The notes under the pieces are model-generated. The model made no database searches and had not been told where the DNA came from. It was given only the letters and a program-made list of their open reading frames with translations. Made by a program: the position numbers and the translations under genes. This document shows, piece by piece, positions 26,995 to 34,346 of a DNA stretch of 63,411 bases. How positions within the stretch are numbered: the stretch's first letter is position 1; every line of letters begins with the position of its first letter. The DNA is from an uncultured Oscillospiraceae bacterium (GTDB taxonomy: Bacteria; Bacillota; Clostridia; Oscillospirales; Oscillospiraceae): NCBI GenBank assembly GCA_944386905.1, contig CALXCW010000001.1, positions 1 through 63,411 of the forward strand, given 5' to 3'.

Positions 26995-28130
26995 TCTATC
27001 TGGACAATGCGGCTACTACGCTGCAAAAGCCGCCTCAGGTAATTCAGGCGGTGGTGGAAGCCATGACTACTCTGGGGAACCCTGCCCGGGGCGCCCACGA
27101 GGGGGCCTTGCGGGCGGCGCGAGGGATCTACGAGGCTCGGTGCCGGGTGGCTGCGCTCTTTGGTTGCCCCAGACCAGACCACGTGGTGTTTACGTCCAAT
27201 TCCACCGAAGCGCTGAACATCGCCATTCGAGGTGTGCTGCGCCCCGGCGATCACGTGATCTCCACCGATCTGGAGCATAACTCCGTCCTTCGGCCTCTCT
27301 ATGCCCTGGAGCGGACGGGGGTAGCATGCAGCTTTGTCCCGGCGGATGCCCGGGGAACGGTGCATCTTGCGGATTTTGCCAGGCTGATTCGGCCCGAGAC
27401 CCGAGCCATCGTCTGTACCCATGCCTCCAATCTCACCGGAAATTTGGTGGATATCGCGCAGGTGGGAGCCCTGGCCCGGAAACACGGCCTGCTGCTGATT
27501 GTGGATGCCTCTCAGACGGCGGGGGCGGTTCCCATCGACATGGAGCAAATGGGCATTGATCTGCTGTGCTTCACCGGCCACAAGGGCCTCTTTGGCCCCC
27601 AGGGCACCGGCGGGCTGTGCATCCGGCCCGGCGTGGAGGTCGCGCCGTTCAAGGTGGGCGGCTCCGGCATCCAGTCCTACAGCAAAACCCAGCCTGCGGC
27701 ATACCCCACGCGACTGGAAGCTGGTACGCTCAACGGCCACGGGATTTTGGGCCTCTCGGCGGCAGTGCAATTTGTCAAGGAGACGGGCGTGGAGGCCATT
27801 TCCCGCCACGAGCGGCAGCTTATGGAGCAGTTCTACCAGGGGGTTGTCGGTTTGCCCGGCGTTACGGTCTACGGTGACTTCTCCGGCGGGCCGCGGACGG
27901 CCATTGTGGCGCTTAACATCGGCCAGACAGACTCCGGTACGGTGTCGGATATCCTCGCGCAGGCTTACGACATCGCCACCCGTCCCGGCGCCCACTGCGC
28001 CCCCCGTCTGCACCAGGCGCTGGGCACTGTGGAGCAGGGCGCCGTGCGTTTCAGCTTCTCCTGGTACAACACAGCCCAAGAGGTGGATACCGCCATCCGT
28101 GCCGTGGCCGAACTGGCTGCGGAGCTCTAA
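26991..28130 (+). CDS. class V aminotransferase-fold cysteine desulfurase family protein
   Basis: 379 aa from the GTG at 26991 (GTGA overlap). Motifs are IYLDNAATT, the THASNLTG region, PLP-lysine FTGHKGLFGPQG and ATRPGAHCAP. The ORF-track start at 26751 is an overlap extension. Confidence 0.88.
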   Translation: MIYLDNAATTLQKPPQVIQAVVEAMTTLGNPARGAHEGALRAARGIYEARCRVAALFGCPRPDHVVFTSNSTEALNIAIRGVLRPGDHVISTDLEHNSVLRPLYALERTGVACSFVPADARGTVHLADFARLIRPETRAIVCTHASNLTGNLVDIAQVGALARKHGLLLIVDASQTAGAVPIDMEQMGIDLLCFTGHKGLFGPQGTGGLCIRPGVEVAPFKVGGSGIQSYSKTQPAAYPTRLEAGTLNGHGILGLSAAVQFVKETGVEAISRHERQLMEQFYQGVVGLPGVTVYGDFSGGPRTAIVALNIGQTDSGTVSDILAQAYDIATRPGAHCAPRLHQALGTVEQGAVRFSFSWYNTAQEVDTAIRAVAELAAEL

Positions 28131-28143
28131 TACCGTTCCTTCC

Positions 28144-28169
28144 AACGCCGGCCGATGCTGGCGTTTTTT
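28144..28169 (+). terminator. intrinsic terminator after the desulfurase gene
   Basis: AACGCCGG-CCGATG-CTGGCGTT followed by TTTT. Confidence 0.6.
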
Positions 28170-28183
28170 ACACCTTGTATTTT

Positions 28184-28197
28184 CGAACAAATGATCG
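28184..28197 (+). promoter_or_regulatory. LexA (SOS) box-like operator overlapping the dinB promoter
   Basis: CGAACAAATGATCG differs by one mismatch from the Firmicute CGAAC-N4-GTTCG consensus. It lies between -35 TTGTAT (28175) and -10 TATAAT (28198-28203). Confidence 0.6.
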
Positions 28198-28247
28198 TAT
28201 AATAAAAACAGGATAACCCCGCTTGGACGGGGGCGAGGGGGGAGAGC

Positions 28248-29495
28248 ATGGATCGTTCCATTCTCCACATCGATATGAACAGCTGTTATGCCAGCATCGA
28301 ATGTCTCCACCGCCCGGAGATTCGTCATTTGCCTGTGGCGGTGGGCGGCGATGTGGAGGCCCGACATGGCATCATTCTGGCGAAGAACGAGCTGGCCAAG
28401 GCCCAGGGAGTGCGCACCGGCGAGACGCTTTGGCAGGCCCGGCAGAAATGCCCGGAACTGGTGGTGGTGCCGCCGCGCTATCCGCTGTATCTCCGTTTTT
28501 CCCGTCTGGCCCGGGAGATCTACGCCGCCTATACCGACCGTATCGAGCCCTTCGGTCTGGACGAGGTGTGGCTGGATGTCACCGATTCGGGCGTCTTTGG
28601 CGATGCGGTGGAGATTGCCGAGACCATCCGCCGGCGCGTCAAATTTGAACTGGGGATCACCGTTTCCATCGGCGTCTCCTTCAACAAAGTGTTTGCCAAG
28701 CTGGGATCGGATTATAAAAAGCCCGACGCCGTCACGGTGCTGGATCGGGAGAACTACCGCACTGTGCTCTGGCCGCTGCCGGTGGAGACACTGCTGTATG
28801 TGGGCCCGGCCACGGCGCGCAAGCTGCGGGCGCGGTGCATCCGCACCATCGGCGATCTGGCTGCCACCGACCCGGAGCTGCTGCACAGCTGGCTGGGGAA
28901 GATGGGCTATGTACTCCACGCCTTTGCCAACGGCAACGATACCGCCCCGGTGGCGACTCTGGGGGAGGAGGCGGTGATTAAGAGCGTGGGCAACTCCACC
29001 ACCACGCCCCGGGATCTCACCTGTCTGGAGGACGTCAATATTGTTTTTTATGTCCTGGCCGAGAGTGTGGCCGCCCGGATGCGGGAGAATGGGCTCAGGG
29101 CCAAGACCGTGCAGATTTCCCTGCGGGATTCCGATCTTTTCAGCTTTGAGCGCCAGTGCAGGCTGGCTGTGCCCTCCTGCTTGGCTTCGGAGCTGCACGA
29201 TGTCGCCATGGAGCTGGTGCGGAGCAACTACCGCTTTCAAAAGCCCCTGCGCTCGGTGGGGCTTCGGGGCGTGGAGCTTGTCCCGCTGGAGGGGAACGTG
29301 CAGCTCAGTCTCTTTGAAGATCCGCTTCGCCGGGAAAAACGGGAGCGGCTGGAGGACACCGTTGACAATCTTCGCCGCCGATTTGGCCCCGGGGCGGTTA
29401 CCCGGGCCGTGACCATGTGCGACCCTTCTCTGGGAACGCTCAATCCCAAGGACGATCACACCATCCACCCGGTGGGCTATTTCAAACCTGCGTAA
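28248..29495 (+). CDS. dinB: DNA polymerase IV (Y-family)
   Basis: 415-aa ORF with ILHIDMNSCYASIE, the catalytic SLDE-equivalent FGLDEVWLDVT, and SIGVSFNKVFAKLGSDYKKPD. Confidence 0.92.
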   Translation: MDRSILHIDMNSCYASIECLHRPEIRHLPVAVGGDVEARHGIILAKNELAKAQGVRTGETLWQARQKCPELVVVPPRYPLYLRFSRLAREIYAAYTDRIEPFGLDEVWLDVTDSGVFGDAVEIAETIRRRVKFELGITVSIGVSFNKVFAKLGSDYKKPDAVTVLDRENYRTVLWPLPVETLLYVGPATARKLRARCIRTIGDLAATDPELLHSWLGKMGYVLHAFANGNDTAPVATLGEEAVIKSVGNSTTTPRDLTCLEDVNIVFYVLAESVAARMRENGLRAKTVQISLRDSDLFSFERQCRLAVPSCLASELHDVAMELVRSNYRFQKPLRSVGLRGVELVPLEGNVQLSLFEDPLRREKRERLEDTVDNLRRRFGPGAVTRAVTMCDPSLGTLNPKDDHTIHPVGYFKPA

Positions 29496-29507
29496 GGAGA
29501 AAAGGCC

Positions 29508-29771
29508 ATGGAACAACATCCCAAAGTATATGTAGAGGTGACCGCCGTCTTTGATGTGGAGGGGCGCCTGTACCCGAAGTCTATCCGCTGGGAGGACGGG
29601 ACGGTGTATGAAATCGATCGGGTGCTGGACGTATGCCGCGCCGCCAGCCTCAAGGCCGGCGGCGCAGGGATCCGGTATACCGTTCGGATTCAAAATCAAA
29701 GAACCTTCCTGTTTTTAGAAGAAAATCGCTGGTTTGTGGAGCGGAAAACGGATTGCCTTCCGCTCAATTGA
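29508..29771 (+). CDS. hypothetical small protein downstream of dinB
   Basis: 87-aa ORF starting 12 nt after the dinB stop, with RBS AAGGAGAAAAGG. It is beta-rich (VYVEVTAVFDVEGRLYPKSIRWEDGTVYEIDRV). No family was recognised. Confidence 0.55.
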   Translation: MEQHPKVYVEVTAVFDVEGRLYPKSIRWEDGTVYEIDRVLDVCRAASLKAGGAGIRYTVRIQNQRTFLFLEENRWFVERKTDCLPLN

Positions 29772-30231
29772 GCCGCCAGACGCCGAAGTTGAGATAGGCT
29801 GCAAAGGCTACCCACAGCACATAGGGGATCTGCAGGAGTGCCGCCAGGGAATCCACCTGGGAGAAGCACTCGCTCATCCACACGATGAGTACCAGCAGCA
29901 AAATCAGCCACAGCAGCGAAAAGCCGAAGGCCTCGAAGCGGAAAAAGAGGATACTCCAGAAAAAGTTCACTGCCAGCTGCACGGCGAAGAGCGCCAGGCT
30001 TTTGCTGCGCCCCGGTGAGGGCGGCGAGAGATAGATTCTGGCCGCGCCGATGCCCATAAGGGCGAAGAGAATTATCCATACGATGGGAAAAACGATGCCC
30101 GGCGGCGACAGGGGCGGTTTTACGATGCTTTGATACAGCGTCATGCCGCCGCTCAGCAGCGCCGAGAGCGCGCCCACCGCCTCCACGAGAACAATGCCGA
30201 CCACATAGGCAATCCAAGGCTTTTGCTTCAT
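29764..30231 (-). CDS. tspO: TspO/MBR (tryptophan-rich sensory protein) family
   Basis: 155 aa from the ATG at 30231. It has five TM segments and conserved motifs (PPLSPPGIVFPIVWIILFALMG, FAVQLAVNFFWSILFF, YVLWVAFAAYLNFGVW). Confidence 0.88.
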   Translation of the reverse strand: MKQKPWIAYVVGIVLVEAVGALSALLSGGMTLYQSIVKPPLSPPGIVFPIVWIILFALMGIGAARIYLSPPSPGRSKSLALFAVQLAVNFFWSILFFRFEAFGFSLLWLILLLVLIVWMSECFSQVDSLAALLQIPYVLWVAFAAYLNFGVWRLN

Positions 30232-30277
30232 TTCCCATCCCTCCCGGCAATAGCATATTCCGTCTTTCAGAACGTTA

Positions 30278-30324
30278 TACAAAAAAACGCAAACCGCACA
30301 GAGCAATCTGTGCGGCCTGCGTTT
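30278..30324 (-). terminator. intrinsic terminator on the minus strand, about 50 nt upstream of the tspO start
   Basis: On the minus strand the sequence is AAACGCAGGCCGCACAGA-TTGC-TCTGTGCGGTTTGCGTTTTTTT. This gives a 9-bp inner stem and a 7-bp outer stem followed by T7. Confidence 0.65.
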
Positions 30325-30366
30325 GAGAGAGAAAGAGAAAGAAGAAAAGAGAGGAGAAAGAGAAAA
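30325..30366. repeat. 42-nt uninterrupted homopurine/homopyrimidine tract
   Basis: The plus strand reads GAGAGAGAAAGAGAAAGAAGAAAAGAGAGGAGAAAGAGAAAA, with A and G only. Confidence 0.95.
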
Positions 30367-30537
30367 CTTGCATCTATTGTGACAGGAGGTTGTTCATCTG
30401 CCGTCCTGGTGATATTATCATACTGCTTGACCGCAGAAAAATCTTGAACGACCGGTAACTAAAAAACGAACATTTTTTGAAAGATGTGTGAATAAACTGT
30501 ATCACACCCGCTGGAGCGGGAAAAATGGGCAAAGCCA

Positions 30538-30566
30538 TTGACAATTGTGTGAAATAGTGATACCAT
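30538..30566 (+). promoter_or_regulatory. candidate promoter of the lysine-riboswitch/dap operon (TTGACA-17 nt-TACCAT)
   Basis: Consensus -35 at 30538-30543 and a weak -10 at 30561-30566, about 18 nt before the riboswitch. Confidence 0.45.
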
Positions 30567-30583
30567 TTTCTAAACTGAATGAC

Positions 30584-30816
30584 GAGAGTAGAGGCGCGGT
30601 GTTGAAGAGTAGCACGCGGCGGGAGGACTTCACGGGTCTGGGCCGCATGCGAAAGGCACCACCGCCGAAGAGCGCCGAGGTGCAAGGCGGCTCTGGGCGG
30701 AGGGACAATATCTCTTCGACTGTCGCGCAAGCGGAGAGCTACTGTCCAAAGAAGGGGAGGATTCCCCGCCTTGTTTCTGGATGAAAGCAGCCGACCGCCG
30801 TCGGCTGCTTTTTTTC
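30584..30816 (+). promoter_or_regulatory. lysine riboswitch (L-box) with terminator expression platform
   Basis: L-box hallmarks are present: GUAGAGGCGCGG...UUGAAGAGUA, CGCCGAAG, and CUGUC...GGAGAGCUACUG (30733-30744). A terminator follows: AAAGCAGCCGAC-CGCC-GTCGGCTGCTTT plus T-run (30784-30816). It sits directly upstream of dapA. Confidence 0.88.
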
Positions 30817-30846
30817 AGAAATCCCATTGTAAAGGAGTTATGGATC

Positions 30847-31737
30847 ATGACAAAGAACCCGATTTTCCGCGGCGCAGCCACGGCATTGATCACCCCCCTC
30901 AACGCCCAGGGCATCGATTATGCCCAGCTGGGGCGTCTCATTGACTGGCAAATCGACGCGGGCATTGATGCTTTGGTAATCTGTGGCACCACCGGCGAAT
31001 CCTCCACCCTCACCGACAAGGAGCACCGCGAAGCAATTTCCTTTGCTGTGGAGCGTACAGCCGGCCGGGTGCCCGTCATCGCCGGCACCGGCTCCAACGA
31101 TACTGCTTACGCCATTGATCTGACCCGCTTTGCCTGTGAGGCGGGGGCCGACGCCTGCTTGGTGGTCACTCCCTACTATAACAAAGCCACCCAGAAGGGT
31201 CTGGTGGCCATGTATAACGCCATCGCCGACGCCTCGACCAAGCCGCTGATTCTCTACAACGTCCCCTCCCGTACCGGCACGGCTATCCAGCCTGCCACCT
31301 ATGTGGAGCTTGCCAAGCATCCCAACATTGCCGCCATCAAAGAAGCCAACGGCAATATCTCCGCCATTGTAGAGACGATGGCGCTGGTGGGCGATCAGCT
31401 GGATCTCTATTCCGGCAACGACGACGAGATCGTCCCCATTCTCTCCATGGGCGGCAAGGGCGTAATCTCGGTGCTGTCCAATCTCCTTCCCGCTGAGACC
31501 TCCCGGCTGTGCCACAAGTTCTTTGAGGGCGACGTGGCCGGGGCGGCACAGATGCAGTGCGCGTATCTCAAGCTGATCCGGGCTCTCTTCTCCGAGGTCA
31601 ACCCCATTCCGGTCAAGGCGGCCATGGCGGCTCTGGGCTTCTGTGAGGACTATCTCCGCTTGCCCCTGACGCCCATGGAGGATAGTCACCGCCAGGTACT
31701 GCTGGATGAGATGCGCCGCTGCGGCCTCCGGGTCTGA
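30847..31737 (+). CDS. dapA: 4-hydroxy-tetrahydrodipicolinate synthase
   Basis: 296 aa from the ATG at 30847 (RBS AAAGGAG). Motifs are GAATALITP, VICGTTGES and the LYNVPSRTG region. Confidence 0.93.
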   Translation: MTKNPIFRGAATALITPLNAQGIDYAQLGRLIDWQIDAGIDALVICGTTGESSTLTDKEHREAISFAVERTAGRVPVIAGTGSNDTAYAIDLTRFACEAGADACLVVTPYYNKATQKGLVAMYNAIADASTKPLILYNVPSRTGTAIQPATYVELAKHPNIAAIKEANGNISAIVETMALVGDQLDLYSGNDDEIVPILSMGGKGVISVLSNLLPAETSRLCHKFFEGDVAGAAQMQCAYLKLIRALFSEVNPIPVKAAMAALGFCEDYLRLPLTPMEDSHRQVLLDEMRRCGLRV

Positions 31738-31747
31738 GGTGGCGGCC

Positions 31748-32491
31748 ATGGAAATCATCGTCCACGGCGCCACGGGCCATATGGGCCGCGCCGTCTTAAA
31801 GCTGCTGGGAGAGACGGAGGACTGCACGCTGGCTGCTGCCGTCAGCCCGGAGCTGACTACCGATCCGACCCGGCGGGAGTTTGAGACGTTGGATGCCTAC
31901 CAGGGCCCCGCCGATCTGATTATCGACTTTTCCTTCCACACGGCCACCCATGCTTTGATGGCCTATGCCTTGGCGCGGAAGCTCCCGGTGATTGTCTGCA
32001 CCACCGGGCAGACCGAGGCGGAAAAAGCGGAGATTTTTGCCGCAGCCCAGGAGATTCCCGTGTTCTACTCCGGAAATATGTCCCTTGGCGTGGCGCTGCT
32101 GGTCAATCTCGCCAAGCAGACGGCCGCCGCCTTCCCCGACGCAGACATTGAAATCGTCGAGACCCACCACAACCGCAAGGTCGATGCACCCAGCGGCACT
32201 GCCTTGATGCTGGCCGAAGCCATGGAGACCGTTCGGCCCGAAGCCACGCTGCGGCTGGGGCGGGCCGGGGCGGCCAAGCGGCAGCCGGGGGAGATCGGCA
32301 TTCATGCCGTCCGCCGGGGCAACGTCGTGGGTATCCACGAGATTGTTGTGGACACCGGCACCGAGACCATCACGCTCAAGCACGAGGCCCATGACCGCGC
32401 CCTCTTTGCTCAGGGGGCCATGCGGGCGGCGGCCTATCTGCTGGGAAAGCCCGCCGGACTTTACAACATGCAAACCATGCTGGGAGGCTGA
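31748..32491 (+). CDS. dapB: 4-hydroxy-tetrahydrodipicolinate reductase
   Basis: 247 aa from the ATG at 31748. Motifs are [11 protein letters not shown] (NAD binding) and [15 protein letters not shown]. Confidence 0.92.
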   Translation: MEIIVHGATGHMGRAVLKLLGETEDCTLAAAVSPELTTDPTRREFETLDAYQGPADLIIDFSFHTATHALMAYALARKLPVIVCTTGQTEAEKAEIFAAAQEIPVFYSGNMSLGVALLVNLAKQTAAAFPDADIEIVETHHNRKVDAPSGTALMLAEAMETVRPEATLRLGRAGAAKRQPGEIGIHAVRRGNVVGIHEIVVDTGTETITLKHEAHDRALFAQGAMRAAAYLLGKPAGLYNMQTMLGG

Positions 32492-32495
32492 GACC

Positions 32496-33188
32496 ATGAA
32501 CGCACAGGAGATCATTCAATATATTGCCACCGCCGAAAAAAAGACGCCGGTGAAGCTCTACATCCGCGAGAATGCCCCCATTGACTATGGCCCGGCCCAG
32601 GTCTTTGGCGCCGGGGACAAGATTGTCTTTGGCGACTGGAAGGACTTGAAGCCCATTCTCGAGGCCAACCGAGAGAAAATTGCCGATTTGGTGGTGGAGA
32701 ATGACTGCCGCAACTCTGCCATTCCGCTTTTGGACATGAAGGATGTCCCGGCCCGCATTGAGCCCGGTGCCATCATCCGTGAACAGGTGACCATTGAGAA
32801 GAATGCCGTTATTATGATGGGCGCCATTCTCAACATCGGTGCTGTGGTGGGCGAGGGAACCATGATTGACATGGGTGTGGTCATGGGTGGCCGCGCCACC
32901 GTGGGCAAGCATTGCCACATCGGTGCGGGGACAGTTCTGGCCGGGGTCATCGAACCTGCCAGCGCCACACCGGTGATCATTGAAGACGATGTGTTCATCG
33001 GCGCCAACGCCGTGGTCATTGAGGGTGTCCGGGTGGGCCGGGGCGCTGTGGTGGCCGCCGGCTCGGTGGTCATCTCCGACGTGCCTGCCGGCACTGTGGT
33101 GGCGGGGGTTCCGGCCAAGGTGATTAAAAAGAAAGACGGCGCCACCAGCGGCAAGACCGAGCTGCTGGACGCCCTGCGCTCCCTCTGA
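32496..33188 (+). CDS. dapH: tetrahydrodipicolinate N-acetyltransferase (hexapeptide-repeat, DapH type)
   Basis: 230 aa from the ATG at 32496. It is near-colinear with B. subtilis DapH ([15 protein letters not shown]...[13 protein letters not shown]...[18 protein letters not shown]...[12 protein letters not shown]). Confidence 0.9.
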   Translation: MNAQEIIQYIATAEKKTPVKLYIRENAPIDYGPAQVFGAGDKIVFGDWKDLKPILEANREKIADLVVENDCRNSAIPLLDMKDVPARIEPGAIIREQVTIEKNAVIMMGAILNIGAVVGEGTMIDMGVVMGGRATVGKHCHIGAGTVLAGVIEPASATPVIIEDDVFIGANAVVIEGVRVGRGAVVAAGSVVISDVPAGTVVAGVPAKVIKKKDGATSGKTELLDALRSL

Positions 33189-33191
33189 GCC

Positions 33192-34346
33192 ATGGAGGAG
33201 CGCCTCAACCGGCGGCTGGCTGCCTCGCCCCGCAGCGCCATCCGCGAATTTGCCCGCCTGGCGGCCCAGACCCCCGGCTGCATTTCCCTCACGCTGGGGG
33301 AGCCGGATTTTCCCACGCCCCAGCCGGTGTGTGACGCGGCCAAGGCAAGCCTCGACCGGGGGGATACCCACTATATTCCCAACAACGGCAGCCCTCGACT
33401 CTTGGAGGCCATCAGCGCCTTTGAGACACAGGTGCACGGCCTCACCTACGGCCCGGACGAGGTGATTGTCACCGTGGGTGCGACGGAGGGCCTATTTACC
33501 GCCCTCAGCGGTATCCTTGAGCCGGGGGATGAGGTCATCATCCCCATGCCGGCCTTTGTGCTCTATGGGTGTATTGTGGGCCTGTGCGGCGCCGTGGCGG
33601 TGCCGGTGGACACTGCGCCCACCGGATTTCAGCTCACGGAGGCGCAGCTGGCGGCGGCAGTGAGTGAGCGCACCAAGGCCATCCTGCTCAACTCGCCCAA
33701 CAACCCCACGGGCTGCCTGTTGCACCAAGAGAGCCTGGCGGTCGTGGCCCGTCTGGCCCGGGAGCGGGCGCTCTTTGTGGTGTGTGACGAGGTCTACCGG
33801 CAGCTCACCTACACCGATGACGCCGTACACTTCTCCACCGGCTATCCCGACCTCAGGGATCGCACCATCGTGGTGCAGAGCTTTTCCAAGCCCTATGCCA
33901 TGACCGGCTGGCGGGTGGGGTATTTGCTGGCCGACGGCCCGGTAAAACGGCAGCTGGAGAAGCTCCACCAGTACGACGTGGTTTCCACGGTGTCCTTTCT
34001 CCAGGAGGCCTGCATCACAGCCTTGCAGCAAGATCCGGCTCCGATGCGGGAGGTGTACCGCCGCCGACGGGACTTCACCCTTGCGCGGCTGGAGGCCATG
34101 GGCCTGCCGGTGACGCGGCCCGAGGGCGCTTTTTACGTGTTCCCCAACATCTCCGCCTTTGGACTCAGCTCCGCGGACTTCTGCCGCCGGATGATCTCCG
34201 AGGCAGGGGTGGCCGCCGTACCGGGCTTCTGCTTCGGCGGGGAAGGCCACATCCGCCTGAGCTATTGCTGCGACGACGCATTGCTCACCGAGGGCCTCAA
34301 CCGGCTGGAGAGCTTTGTGGAAAAACTGAAAGGGGAGCAGGCATGA
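33192..34346 (+). CDS. class I/II PLP aminotransferase, probable N-acetyl-LL-diaminopimelate aminotransferase
   Basis: 384-aa ORF with LTLGEPDFPTP, NSPNNPTG and SFSKPYAMTGWRVGY (PLP lysine). The specific function is inferred from its position between dapH and the deacetylase. Confidence 0.8.
   Translation: MEERLNRRLAASPRSAIREFARLAAQTPGCISLTLGEPDFPTPQPVCDAAKASLDRGDTHYIPNNGSPRLLEAISAFETQVHGLTYGPDEVIVTVGATEGLFTALSGILEPGDEVIIPMPAFVLYGCIVGLCGAVAVPVDTAPTGFQLTEAQLAAAVSERTKAILLNSPNNPTGCLLHQESLAVVARLARERALFVVCDEVYRQLTYTDDAVHFSTGYPDLRDRTIVVQSFSKPYAMTGWRVGYLLADGPVKRQLEKLHQYDVVSTVSFLQEACITALQQDPAPMREVYRRRRDFTLARLEAMGLPVTRPEGAFYVFPNISAFGLSSADFCRRMISEAGVAAVPGFCFGGEGHIRLSYCCDDALLTEGLNRLESFVEKLKGEQA

Noticed and set aside
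26853-29699. 948-aa minus-strand ORF spanning the cysteine desulfurase, an intergenic region and dinB
   Set aside because: It is a shadow ORF of a high-GC region. It is antisense to two genes with unmistakable family motifs. It crosses a promoter/terminator region. It has an Arg/Gly/His/Pro-rich composition with no recognisable domain and no RBS.
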